Of a stretch of 64,000 nucleotides of DNA, positions 18,933 through 28,303 are shown one piece after another (position 1 is the first letter of the stretch; the number at the start of each line of letters is the position of its first letter). A program made the translations under genes and the position numbers. The DNA is from a virus. The DNA is taken from positions 1 through 64,000 of IMG/VR virus record IMGVR_UViG_3300045146_000214, one strand, 5' to 3'. The notes below the pieces were generated by a model that saw nothing but the letters and a program-made list of their open reading frames with translations, searched no databases and was not told the origin of the DNA.

Positions 18933-19784
18933 TTATATATGTTTTAAAATGTGTGCGACTACATCAACTGTCCACGCATTACCAATCAACTTAACAGCCC
19001 TGTGGTAACTAACAGATTTTGTATACTCTGCCGGAAGTGTTTGTAACCGCTCCATTTCGCATTGTGTAAAATAACGCCACTTAACTTCTTTTGATGGAAC
19101 TCTGCCAACACGCTTCTCGCTGGCAACATTATCTTTTGCGACTGTAGAAAGGCAATTGGTGTAATTATCATAGCGACTTTCTATGTATTGCACAATGGGA
19201 ATACTCATGTTGTAATCATCTCGCTTTCCGTTTTTCAACCTTCTTCCGCGCATTGCTCCTGCATACCACCCATCATCACACACATCTTCCCAGTGTGTTT
19301 CTTTATCGGTTGGAAGTGTTATATCTGGTATGTTTGTCCAATACAGTCTTTTCCGATCTTGTGCGCTTACTAATTTACTATTAATGTAAATCGGCTCCAC
19401 ACCAATGAAGTTACTTATTACATTTTGCCATTCTTTCCTCATGCAAACATTTTCAAGCAAAAAATACTTTGGCTTACATTCATTGATAAGACGGATGAAC
19501 TCAAAGAACAAAGCACTACGATGGTCAGAAAAATTAAGCCCTTTGCCAGAGTATGAAAATCCCTGGCAAGGACTACCACCAATCAACAAATCTATTTTAG
19601 GCAATGCTTTCGCAGAAAGTTTTTGAATACTCCCTACTTGTAGTGTATTAGGAAAGTGTAACTGTGTTATCGTAATAGCATCTTTATTGATTTCAGAAGC
19701 GTAATAATCTTTAACTTTTATTTTTGCTCTTTGTAATGCTATTTGACCACACGATATACCGTCAAAGCAGGAGAGAACGTTCAT
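18933..19784 (-). CDS. DNA cytosine-C5 methyltransferase
   Basis: VLSCFDG, IGGSPCQGFS, FLLENV, SAQDRKRLYW, ERLQTLP, IGNAW. Start ATG 19784 follows a GAGG RBS. Confidence 0.9.
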   Translation of the reverse strand: MNVLSCFDGISCGQIALQRAKIKVKDYYASEINKDAITITQLHFPNTLQVGSIQKLSAKALPKIDLLIGGSPCQGFSYSGKGLNFSDHRSALFFEFIRLINECKPKYFLLENVCMRKEWQNVISNFIGVEPIYINSKLVSAQDRKRLYWTNIPDITLPTDKETHWEDVCDDGWYAGAMRGRRLKNGKRDDYNMSIPIVQYIESRYDNYTNCLSTVAKDNVASEKRVGRVPSKEVKWRYFTQCEMERLQTLPAEYTKSVSYHRAVKLIGNAWTVDVVAHILKHI

Positions 19785-20187
19785 TTTTATCCTCAAATTT
19801 TCTTTTTGTAAAGAACTTTTCTTTTTCCAAACTACGCACTCTATGTAGCCTGTAAACGATTTTATAGTCTACGGTGTTTTTGGATTTCTCCAACTCCAAC
19901 ACCAGCGGTAAAATATTTGTTGTTGCGTAAATCTCATTAACGATATAGATTGCCGCAATGCTCAATGCGGGAGGGCAAACCATAACAAATTCATATTCGA
20001 GAAGCTGGTCTCTAACTTCGTCTATCACATTCACAATCTGTTGATAACAATTCGACTTCAAATTTAAAGCAATTTGTTTTCTAATAGTTGTAACCGGAAC
20101 TCCTAACGTATGAGATATGTCGTTATTAACAGTCTCGTCAAAGATAAGTTCCGAAAAATTAAGAAACAATACTTCTCGCTTTTTCAT
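19762..20187 (-). CDS. Csx15-like protein (CRISPR ring-nuclease-associated family), stand-alone
   Basis: LFLNFSE...VMVCPPALSIAAIYIVNEIYATTNILPLVLEL...RSLEKEK resembles the Csx15 pattern as recalled (LNFSHP...VNPPSL..AA..LAELHG..G.FP.I.RL...NLQ..R). Length is 141 aa. Confidence 0.55.
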   Translation of the reverse strand: MKKREVLFLNFSELIFDETVNNDISHTLGVPVTTIRKQIALNLKSNCYQQIVNVIDEVRDQLLEYEFVMVCPPALSIAAIYIVNEIYATTNILPLVLELEKSKNTVDYKIVYRLHRVRSLEKEKFFTKRKFEDKNERSLLL

Positions 20188-20195
20188 GTCTTTCC

Positions 20196-20465
20196 TTATT
20201 CTTCTTCTTCACGCCCTTCATCATCACCATCCATCTTCTTCAACTTCTTATAATATTTTGAATCTTCTCTCAAGTGATCTAGTGCAATACCCGCGACTAT
20301 ATCCATATCATTATTAACCGTTTCTGCATGTTCCTTTTCAACAAAAAATCCTTCTTGCATATCTTCACGCGAAAAATCTTCTTCTTCAAAGTCAACACCT
20401 AACTTATCAATAGCGTCGTCGGCTTCCTTGCACTCTTGTAAAAGCTGTTTAATAGTCATCTTCAT
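20196..20465 (-). CDS. DUF5661-like small acidic phage protein
   Basis: G..VEKEH...IALDHLREDSKYYKKLKKM signature. Confidence 0.7.
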   Translation of the reverse strand: MKMTIKQLLQECKEADDAIDKLGVDFEEEDFSREDMQEGFFVEKEHAETVNNDMDIVAGIALDHLREDSKYYKKLKKMDGDDEGREEEE

Positions 20466-22207
20466 ACTGTTTCTCCATTATGGGTTATTTTATCGCCTTT
20501 AATTACAGACACACCATTTTGTTTGACAATCGTTAATACATTTTCTTCATCCAGAAAGTTTTTCGACTCTGAATTGTGACTCACTAAAAATACCGTGCTC
20601 ATATCTCTACATTTTGTTTTCAGCAAGTCAATAACTGCCTCAATACCCACAGGGTCTAATTTATCAAGCAATTCATCAAGAAACAATATGTTGCAACTAT
20701 GCTGTGCCGACATAATCTGCATAAGACTAATTGCTATAGCCACATCCACACGCCTACGCTCACCTTGGCTCATGGTGCTATAATTGCCAATCTTATCGGT
20801 TATGTCCTCATCAAACTCAAATGGCAAATACTCTTTCGGTGACAAATACTGTAAAAACGTATCAATGTTTCTGTTGAGTAAATTGATGACGTTTCTTAAA
20901 AATATGTTACGAATACCGTCATAACCAAATAGCTTTTCACAAATTGACAGCTTCTCAAGATCATTCTTCATTTCCTTGGTCGCATTATCAAGGTCATTAA
21001 TTTCATTTGCCAGAGACGTTAATTCGGAAATTGAATTCTCTAAAGCAACAGAATATGGGTTCTGTCCCAATTCTAAGGACCTAATTTTCTCTTTGCATAC
21101 ATCCTTTTTGTGTAGAATGTCTACTATTGACATTCTATCTAGCATAGTGTACACTATGTTTGTCTTTTTGTCAATTTGTTCATCAAGTTTTTTGATAACA
21201 CTAATTGCCGCATTTATCTTTTCGTTGTTTTCCTGTATTTCTTGTTCCTTAACATGAGTGGACTCGTCAATGCTTTTCTTATAGTGAGCATAATCACTAA
21301 TAGATTGTTTACATGTCGGACATATTTCCGGTAGCTGCTTTTTCTTTTCTGCAACAATCACTCCATACAACTTCTTGTTGATCTCTTTAAATGATTTGAC
21401 GTCGTAGTTCTTTGCGTTCTTTTCTTGTTTGATTTTCTCCACTTCCTCCAATATTGCCTTAGCTTCAACAATATTATACTTATCCAGTTCAGCAATATCC
21501 TTTCTATAGTTCTCCAGCACTGCATCTTTTGTTTCATTCCAATTATTAAAGTTACCCTCCAATGCGGATTTCTTTATCACCAACTTATTATGCTGCTCTT
21601 TCTTGTTTTCGAATGTAGACGTTTTAATTACAAACGCTTGTTCTTGTTGTTTGAGCAACATTCGCGTTCTATTAAGGTAATCATCAAAATCTGTCAACTT
21701 AAACATCTTTTCGATAAACTCTCTTCTTTGAGACCTTGACTTATTCATAAACGAAGCAACCGTATCGCCGGATAAAACGTAACTGTTCTTGAATACCTCA
21801 AAAGGCATACCGATATGTGACTCAATTAACTGTTGTGTATCACTGGATGTTCCTTTGGTTATTTCTTCTCCATCAATCCACATGCGTAAAAAGTCAGGCT
21901 TTCTGCCACGGCTAACGATACAGTTGTCAAAATAAACCGTTACACAACAATATTTCTTTTCATCTCTATTGATAACATTATCTTTGCGGTCTGGTGAACG
22001 ATCCAAATTACCATATAACGCCCACAACACAGAAGATATTAAAGCACTTTTCCCACTACCATTGCTGCTTTTTGTATCGCCGTTGTCGGTCGCATCAATT
22101 GTGTCATTGTTATAGCCGACAATAAGGCACAAGCCCCTATCAGACAATTTGAAATGTGCCTTTTTAAACGAAAGGAAATTAGTAATCTCTACTTTATGTA
22201 TGTTCAT
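20462..22207 (-). CDS. SbcC/Rad50-like ATPase (T4 gp46-like)
   Basis: NFLSF, SSNGSGKS, CPTC zinc hook, MSQGE signature, LFLDE, LVSH. Confidence 0.92.
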   Translation of the reverse strand: MNIHKVEITNFLSFKKAHFKLSDRGLCLIVGYNNDTIDATDNGDTKSSNGSGKSALISSVLWALYGNLDRSPDRKDNVINRDEKKYCCVTVYFDNCIVSRGRKPDFLRMWIDGEEITKGTSSDTQQLIESHIGMPFEVFKNSYVLSGDTVASFMNKSRSQRREFIEKMFKLTDFDDYLNRTRMLLKQQEQAFVIKTSTFENKKEQHNKLVIKKSALEGNFNNWNETKDAVLENYRKDIAELDKYNIVEAKAILEEVEKIKQEKNAKNYDVKSFKEINKKLYGVIVAEKKKQLPEICPTCKQSISDYAHYKKSIDESTHVKEQEIQENNEKINAAISVIKKLDEQIDKKTNIVYTMLDRMSIVDILHKKDVCKEKIRSLELGQNPYSVALENSISELTSLANEINDLDNATKEMKNDLEKLSICEKLFGYDGIRNIFLRNVINLLNRNIDTFLQYLSPKEYLPFEFDEDITDKIGNYSTMSQGERRRVDVAIAISLMQIMSAQHSCNILFLDELLDKLDPVGIEAVIDLLKTKCRDMSTVFLVSHNSESKNFLDEENVLTIVKQNGVSVIKGDKITHNGETV

Positions 22208-23304
22208 GTGTCACTTTTCCCACTAATTATATTCAATGCTGTTTGAAGAACCGCATCAATCTTATCGTTGGATATGTTGCTTGATTTGAGCCATGACATA
22301 ATAACTTCTTCAATATTGTTCGTCAACGACTCCTGTGATGCAATTGGTGTTTCTTTGACCTCTAAATCATCAGAAGAACCAGTAAACGCAGAACAGCATT
22401 CAATCTTTAGCTGTTTTGGTTTAAACCTTTCTTCAAATAACTTTTTTAGTGTGATTAGCCACTCAGAACCCAAGTATTCGTTAATTTCAATTTTAACAAT
22501 ATTGTCGTTAAAGTTTTTCATTATGTTAAGCTCTTCCTTGCTCAACAAATCAATTTTATCTATTCGATGAACAATAAACTGACGGCAACATAATGGAATA
22601 AACTTACTCTCATGTGTTTCAGTGTCAAACACTACAAATCCATGCTCAATGTTTCTATCACCAAATGTTAATTGTAATGGTGAACCGATATAGCTTACGT
22701 TTGATTTTGTTTGATGTGAATGAAGGTGGCCAAGAAATACTTTATCAAATATCTTAAAATCACTTATGGATAATCGTGATTTACTTTCCTGCCCACTCTC
22801 TAAAGAAAACCCTCCAATATCAAGGTGTGAACAAAGAACATTGAAGGAATTACTATAGTTATTAATAATCTCTTCTTGTATCTTATTGAGAATGTTTAGT
22901 GTCTTATCATATTCTTCAATACAATGCAAAAACCAAAACGTGCATCCACCCAATTGCACACAACCATAATCTTTGTCATAAAACGTTTCCATTAATGACG
23001 AAAGATGACGGATATTATTCAGCCCTTGAATGAATATCTTAAATGGTGCATCATGGTTTCCTGCAACTGCATAAATCTTTTTGGTCTTGGAGATTTTTTC
23101 AAACAACTGATAGCTTTTATAGAGAGAGATTGAGGGGACATTATCACGTAAATGAAAAATATCTCCTAGAATTGCAAGAACAGAAATGCCATTGCATGAA
23201 CAATAATCATTGACTTGTTCTACGGCATTTAAACAATCATCCAATCTAAAAGAATTTGAACCATGTGGATGTATATGTAAATCAGCAATAAGCGCAATTT
23301 TCAT
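22204..23304 (-). CDS. SbcD/Mre11-like nuclease (T4 gp47-like)
   Basis: IADLH, LGDIFH, AGNHD, SH, LGHLH, YIGSP. Start MKIALI at 23304. Confidence 0.92.
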   Translation of the reverse strand: MKIALIADLHIHPHGSNSFRLDDCLNAVEQVNDYCSCNGISVLAILGDIFHLRDNVPSISLYKSYQLFEKISKTKKIYAVAGNHDAPFKIFIQGLNNIRHLSSLMETFYDKDYGCVQLGGCTFWFLHCIEEYDKTLNILNKIQEEIINNYSNSFNVLCSHLDIGGFSLESGQESKSRLSISDFKIFDKVFLGHLHSHQTKSNVSYIGSPLQLTFGDRNIEHGFVVFDTETHESKFIPLCCRQFIVHRIDKIDLLSKEELNIMKNFNDNIVKIEINEYLGSEWLITLKKLFEERFKPKQLKIECCSAFTGSSDDLEVKETPIASQESLTNNIEEVIMSWLKSSNISNDKIDAVLQTALNIISGKSDT

Positions 23305-23623
23305 ATTGACCATTTTTGAGAATAGCTTGCACAGAAGAAATATCAATGAAAAAGTATATTTCTCCGTCAACCAGTATTTCGCAACCACTAAACTTTTCTA
23401 TGAGCAATCTATCTCCTTTGTTAATAGTGGCCATCGCTCGTTTTTCTTCATCACTTTTGCCATCACCCTTGTCAATAACAACAGCCATTCTTAAAGTCGG
23501 GTCATCTCGCTGCGGAATATGAATGCCGCCAATTTGCTCCGTCATAATCTTTTTTACAAGGATAAGATTGCTCTTTTTAATAACCTTAATTTTATCTAAC
23601 GTAGTTGATACTGAGCTTTTCAT
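23282..23623 (-). CDS. GroES-like co-chaperonin
   Basis: ILVK...GGIHIP...AVVIDKGDG...INKGDRLLIEKFSGCEILVDGEIY...VQAIL. Confidence 0.8.
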   Translation of the reverse strand: MKSSVSTTLDKIKVIKKSNLILVKKIMTEQIGGIHIPQRDDPTLRMAVVIDKGDGKSDEEKRAMATINKGDRLLIEKFSGCEILVDGEIYFFIDISSVQAILKNGQYENCAYC

Positions 23624-23625
23624 CT

Positions 23626-24057
23626 TTAACCATTCGTGTTTGGTGTTATTAACTCTTCGGGAACAATTGCCTCTTCAACAGTGTTTGTATCAGAAAATTG
23701 GATGATTACATCTTCATATGCGACTACATCTTCATATGCGACTACATCTTCATATGTGTCGGTAACTGGGTCAATATAACCCAAATTTAAATCCCAATCA
23801 ATAAACACAGTAAAGTTAGTGTATGCAGAACCATCAGAGTAATGACTTACCGTAGGACAACGTGTATATAAAGCCCATGTCCCCTTAATCACAGTGTTGC
23901 TTACTAACTCTGGACTTTTTGCCAAATCTCTACGTGCAACAAGTGGAGCATTATCTGTTTTAAACACAGCGTAATCTTCTGCAAATATTTTATTATTAAC
24001 AGCAAAAACAGTGGCATATAAAACAAACATACCAATAAAAAATAGCATCTTTTTCAT
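23626..24057 (-). CDS. Hypothetical secreted protein
   Basis: Signal peptide MKKMLFFIGMFVLYATVFA; internal YEDVVA repeat. Confidence 0.7.
   Translation of the reverse strand: MKKMLFFIGMFVLYATVFAVNNKIFAEDYAVFKTDNAPLVARRDLAKSPELVSNTVIKGTWALYTRCPTVSHYSDGSAYTNFTVFIDWDLNLGYIDPVTDTYEDVVAYEDVVAYEDVIIQFSDTNTVEEAIVPEELITPNTNG
23707..23760. repeat. 18-bp tandem repeat x3 (tacatcttcatatgcgac)
   Basis: Directly visible; the third copy is degenerate. Confidence 0.9.
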
Positions 24058-24380
24058 TTTTTCTCCTTTTTGTTCATTTGATCTTCTATTCTCTCTATAT
24101 CGGCAATCAATTCATCATCAAAGATTTGCTTACTACCACAATATTGATAAAGACAATACGATAAAAACCCTATTGTAATTTTCTTTTTTATCTTATCCTT
24201 ATCAATAAAGTCCTCTAAACATTCCTTAAGTCTTTTAACGTTAGTCAGTTTTAACTTCTTGATTTTTGAGGGACATGAAGTTGTTAAAATCTCTATGCGA
24301 TTGTCAATTTCTGGGAAATTGATCATCATTGTTCCAATCGCACCAACAACAACCTCGCGTTCTTCTGTTGTATAGTTCAT
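24054..24380 (-). CDS. Hypothetical protein
   Basis: GGAG RBS and tight operon packing. Confidence 0.7.
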   Translation of the reverse strand: MNYTTEEREVVVGAIGTMMINFPEIDNRIEILTTSCPSKIKKLKLTNVKRLKECLEDFIDKDKIKKKITIGFLSYCLYQYCGSKQIFDDELIADIERIEDQMNKKEKK

Positions 24381-24392
24381 GGTGCTATCTCC

Positions 24393-25562
24393 TTATTCTT
24401 CTTCACTAACCTCTTCAAGCTCATAAGAATTGTTAAATGTTTTAATTTTATCCACCATATGCTTTAGCGAATCCCGAAACTCATCGGTATTGACTTTATC
24501 CTTATCGCCTCCAAGAATATGCTCTGCACCAGCAAAGGGCGTTTCTTTTTCTGCCAATTCCACAAAAACCTCAGAAACGTTTGATTTATTGAATTTAATA
24601 TTGGTGTTATAAAAGTTACACCACGCTCCTGCTTGTTCAATAAAACCTTCTTGCTTACCAATATTAATAAAGCCACTAAGAGGGTTAATTCCCTTGTCAT
24701 ACAATATGTCATATTCAACCTTGATGTCGGGAATGTAAATCTTATTCTTAATGACTTTAAGTTCGCCTTGAATTCCAATAGTTTTCTTTGTATCGGAATC
24801 TTGAATTTTTGCACGTGTTTTTGTCTGAACTCTCAATGAAGCATGGAATCTAAATGCAGATCCACCAGATGTAGTTGTTGAGTCGCCAAAAACTAGACCA
24901 ATTTTCTGTCGTGTCTGATTGATACAGATAAGTGTAATTTTCTGCCGCGCAATTTGTCCGGTGAGTTTGCGAAGACCCTTTGAATTAAGTCTCGCTCGTT
25001 CAGCCATTTCCGCATCTGAAATATCGCCATTAAGCTCTTTTGCCGTTGGTGTTGCCGTTACCGAGTCCCATACCATAGTAACATATTTTTCCGGTATCTT
25101 TTCACGTATCATTTTAACGGCACCTTCAATTTGCATCCACACACTTTCCAATGTTTCTGGATGAACGCGCATAAGTTTGTCAATGTCGCCACCTTGTCGT
25201 GCAAAATATTCCTTCCAAAATGCGTATTCTGTATCAAAAAGAATAGGAATGCCACCACGCCGCTGTGTTTCAATAACCGACATGGTGCTTAACAGTGTCT
25301 TACCACTTGCCTCTGACCCAAATACTTCAGTTACACGGCCAACAGGAAATCCACCAGTAACCGGCTTTCCAGAAATAGCATAGTTAATGCCATAATTGCC
25401 CGTTGAGATAAACTCATCACATGAAAAATCATCGGCACTTAATACTGACAAATCCGAGTCTGGCCCCATTGCCTCTCGAAGACTGTTGGCAATGTCACTG
25501 ATCATTTCACTGTTCATCGGTTTTTGTATTGTTTCTTCATCTATTCTTTTCTTTCTCGACAT
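24393..25562 (-). CDS. recA: RecA/UvsX recombinase
   Basis: ISTG, GFPVGRVTEVFGSEASGKT, FDTE, VWDSV, INQTRQKIG..FG, SGGSAFRFHASLR, VIKNK. Confidence 0.92.
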   Translation of the reverse strand: MSRKKRIDEETIQKPMNSEMISDIANSLREAMGPDSDLSVLSADDFSCDEFISTGNYGINYAISGKPVTGGFPVGRVTEVFGSEASGKTLLSTMSVIETQRRGGIPILFDTEYAFWKEYFARQGGDIDKLMRVHPETLESVWMQIEGAVKMIREKIPEKYVTMVWDSVTATPTAKELNGDISDAEMAERARLNSKGLRKLTGQIARQKITLICINQTRQKIGLVFGDSTTTSGGSAFRFHASLRVQTKTRAKIQDSDTKKTIGIQGELKVIKNKIYIPDIKVEYDILYDKGINPLSGFINIGKQEGFIEQAGAWCNFYNTNIKFNKSNVSEVFVELAEKETPFAGAEHILGGDKDKVNTDEFRDSLKHMVDKIKTFNNSYELEEVSEEE

Positions 25563-25582
25563 ATACTTAACTCCTTTTAGCT

Positions 25583-26734
25583 TTATAGTTTTTCGATTTT
25601 TTCACCTCTACCATATTTTTCGATAAGATTAACAAATTGTTGTTCGTCTTTACCTACCCAATTAAACAATCCTGATGTTTTTGTAATCGGCAAAAATCCA
25701 TGAATATGAGTGTATAACTTACGAAATCCACGCAGTTGTTGTTTTGTCCACCCCCTACTAACATAGGTGTGTCTCTTCAACGAAGTTAATGGCTCATATT
25801 CTTGTGGAAATAAAAACACCGTCTTGCCAACCTTTAACACTGATTTTTCTACACACCGTAACTTTTGATATAGCTCTTGTGGTGTATCATTAAAGTTATA
25901 CAGAAAATATGCAAAGTATTCTGCTCTAACTTTATGAGCTTTACACCAAAGTAATGACCGTTCCAATTCTTCTATTTGCTTCCATTTATCAAGTGCAAAA
26001 CGAATATACGTTGTTCCGTTTTTTGACTGTGATAAAAACGACACTTTAGCCAATGCCTGTATTTGCTCTTCTGTAATGATTAAATTATCCAAACCTTGTG
26101 AGAAATCAACGGGCAGATTATTTTCTCTAATCTCATCAACAATCTGAACAAAGTTTGGATGCGCAGTAAAGTTATTATCAAAAAGAACCAAGCCGTCAAA
26201 ATTCCGTTGCTTTTTCGCCTCCTCTATAACGGTAGATATTGACGGCATTGGTTTAAATGCGCCTTCGATTTTCGGCACACAACAAAAACCACATGTGTTT
26301 GGGCATCCTCTTGAGGCATACATTATAATTTTGTTGGTCGAAATGCCGTGTTCTTCCAAGGCGCGGTAATCTGGGATCACACTGTCTAAGTCATTATCAA
26401 GCCCAACGTGTGTTACAATATTATGATTGTCTTTAAAATACTGTGGCATTAATGACGCAAATATTCCTCCAACAACCCATCGTGCATGTGGAAACAGTTT
26501 TTGATAATGACTAATCCAATCGCTATACTTAGAAGCGTTATATGTAAAAAGAGTAGAAAGAAAGATAGTATCTGGAACAAACTCAATGTGCTTCGCCTTA
26601 TCCGAATGAATTTGATATTGAATATTGTTGGTATTACAATATGTTATCATCTTCATGGTCGCTAACGACGGGTGTTTTGTTTTGATGTCTTTCGGCACCA
26701 AAATAACTACCTTATCTTTCTTCTCTATGTTCAT
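25583..26734 (-). CDS. Radical SAM protein with B12-binding-like N-terminal domain
   Basis: ASRGCPNTCGFC (CxxxCxxC), VVGGIFASL, LFDNNF, DFSQGLD. Confidence 0.85.
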   Translation of the reverse strand: MNIEKKDKVVILVPKDIKTKHPSLATMKMITYCNTNNIQYQIHSDKAKHIEFVPDTIFLSTLFTYNASKYSDWISHYQKLFPHARWVVGGIFASLMPQYFKDNHNIVTHVGLDNDLDSVIPDYRALEEHGISTNKIIMYASRGCPNTCGFCCVPKIEGAFKPMPSISTVIEEAKKQRNFDGLVLFDNNFTAHPNFVQIVDEIRENNLPVDFSQGLDNLIITEEQIQALAKVSFLSQSKNGTTYIRFALDKWKQIEELERSLLWCKAHKVRAEYFAYFLYNFNDTPQELYQKLRCVEKSVLKVGKTVFLFPQEYEPLTSLKRHTYVSRGWTKQQLRGFRKLYTHIHGFLPITKTSGLFNWVGKDEQQFVNLIEKYGRGEKIEKL

Positions 26735-26752
26735 ACATCACCAACAATGATG

Positions 26753-27724
26753 TTATTCACTATCTTCAAACTGCAATTGGTTTGTCAGAATAGCAAGACG
26801 GTCAGTGACGCTTGGCTCCTTTTTGTCTTGTGCCTTTTTTGGTGTATTTGAAGGAATTTCAATTTCAAGTTCTTCAACAATCGGCTCGCTCTTTGCCTGT
26901 AGTTCCGGTTTGGTTGCCTCTGCGCCGACAACATCTGTAATGGAACTCTTTGGCGTAAATGTTCGTGCGCTGGCCTTGTTGCCAACCTTAACCAAGTTCA
27001 CCAATTCTTCTTGGCCGATTTCCTTCAAATACTCAATCAGCAATTGCTCTGTTTCTTCTTGAGAGTATACCTTTGGTTGATATTGACGCAAATCAAAACG
27101 CTTGGACAGAATTGCATCAATTTCATCCTGCGACTTTGCCAAAGGACTTGCGGTAAAGTCAAACGAAGACTTACTATAATCTGGATATGGATCCTTACCG
27201 CCTGTTGATTCAACAATAACGTTATAGTCTCGCCCTGTTTGCGGATTAGTAATATCCCAATCTTGATCTTTAGTCTTTAGACGTTGAATACCCGCAAGAA
27301 TATTTTCCCTTACCTTCTTACCGACATTCCACACCTGAACGCCCTTGTCCTCTTGACCTCTTACAACAACGTTGAAGATGAACCGTGTGTAACGTTTGAT
27401 GTCAGAAGCAAATGCGATGTTTTCCGCAACGTCACTATCGTAAAGTCTGCTGACAAAGTTGCACACTGGACAACGTTCATCGTTAATGATTTTTAGACAC
27501 CCGACGTTCTTAACCTTCTCTCCAACAAGGCGATGGCGCGCTGTGATTTCAAAGAACCAATCTGGATTTGTTGTAATGTCATCTCCACCAGGAAGAATTC
27601 GCACCATGAAATCCTGACCTGGCTTCGGCAAAAACAGATTTTGCTGTGTAGCGAATTTTGTCTTACCGCTATCACGGTTGTAAATCTTGATAACTGACTC
27701 ATAATCGAACGATGGCTTACTCAT
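26753..27724 (-). CDS. Single-stranded DNA-binding protein (gp32-like)
   Basis: VRILP, H/C...CPVC, NVVVRG, DITNPQTGRDYNV, YPDYSKSSF, acidic tail. AAGGAG RBS before ATG 27724. Confidence 0.8.
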   Translation of the reverse strand: MSKPSFDYESVIKIYNRDSGKTKFATQQNLFLPKPGQDFMVRILPGGDDITTNPDWFFEITARHRLVGEKVKNVGCLKIINDERCPVCNFVSRLYDSDVAENIAFASDIKRYTRFIFNVVVRGQEDKGVQVWNVGKKVRENILAGIQRLKTKDQDWDITNPQTGRDYNVIVESTGGKDPYPDYSKSSFDFTASPLAKSQDEIDAILSKRFDLRQYQPKVYSQEETEQLLIEYLKEIGQEELVNLVKVGNKASARTFTPKSSITDVVGAEATKPELQAKSEPIVEELEIEIPSNTPKKAQDKKEPSVTDRLAILTNQLQFEDSE

Positions 27725-27795
27725 TGTAACTCCTTGTTTTTTATTATTTTGTAACACGTATAAAATAACAGCACGGTGCTGAAATTTTCAACTCT

Positions 27796-27824
27796 AGTAT
27801 AGCACAATTTCCATGAATTGTCAA
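27796..27824 (-). promoter_or_regulatory. Sigma70-type promoter for the ssb operon
   Basis: TTGACA-17 bp-TATACT with an extended TG on the minus strand. Confidence 0.8.
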
Positions 27825-27836
27825 TTTCTCATCACT

Positions 27837-28292
27837 TTATTGTGCATTGTCCATTTTTTGTTCTGCTCGCATATTCGCCGACAGAGTAACCAACAAATCC
27901 TTTTGTGCAATCAGTGCCATAAGAAAACTATAAAGAACTTGCTCATTTGCTCTTACACGAAAATACTCTTCATATGCAGCAATAACTCTTTCATCTGTAT
28001 CAACAACAGCTTCAATCTGTGCTTGTGTCACCTTCCCTTTATGACATGCTCGTATTTCCAAATCAACCTGTGATTTTGTCTTTTTTACAAGCCATTCCTG
28101 CCTATCAGCTATTGATTTACTCTTGCTATGTAACAGACCATAAAAAGAAATATTACTGGCACACTCACTAATGTGATTAGAAATTTTTGTTGGATCTATT
28201 CGTGTTAATTCACGAACGTCAATTTTGTTAATCTTTCCATCAATTTGAATATCCAATTCACAGTTAATGATTTCCATAATATTCTCCTTCAC
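27837..28292 (-). CDS. UvsY-like recombination mediator
   Basis: Helical 151-aa protein between uvsW and ssb (KVTQAQIEAVVDTD...LSANMRAE). Confidence 0.6.
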   Translation of the reverse strand: MKENIMEIINCELDIQIDGKINKIDVRELTRIDPTKISNHISECASNISFYGLLHSKSKSIADRQEWLVKKTKSQVDLEIRACHKGKVTQAQIEAVVDTDERVIAAYEEYFRVRANEQVLYSFLMALIAQKDLLVTLSANMRAEQKMDNAQ

Positions 28293-28303
28293 TCATTGAA
28301 AAC

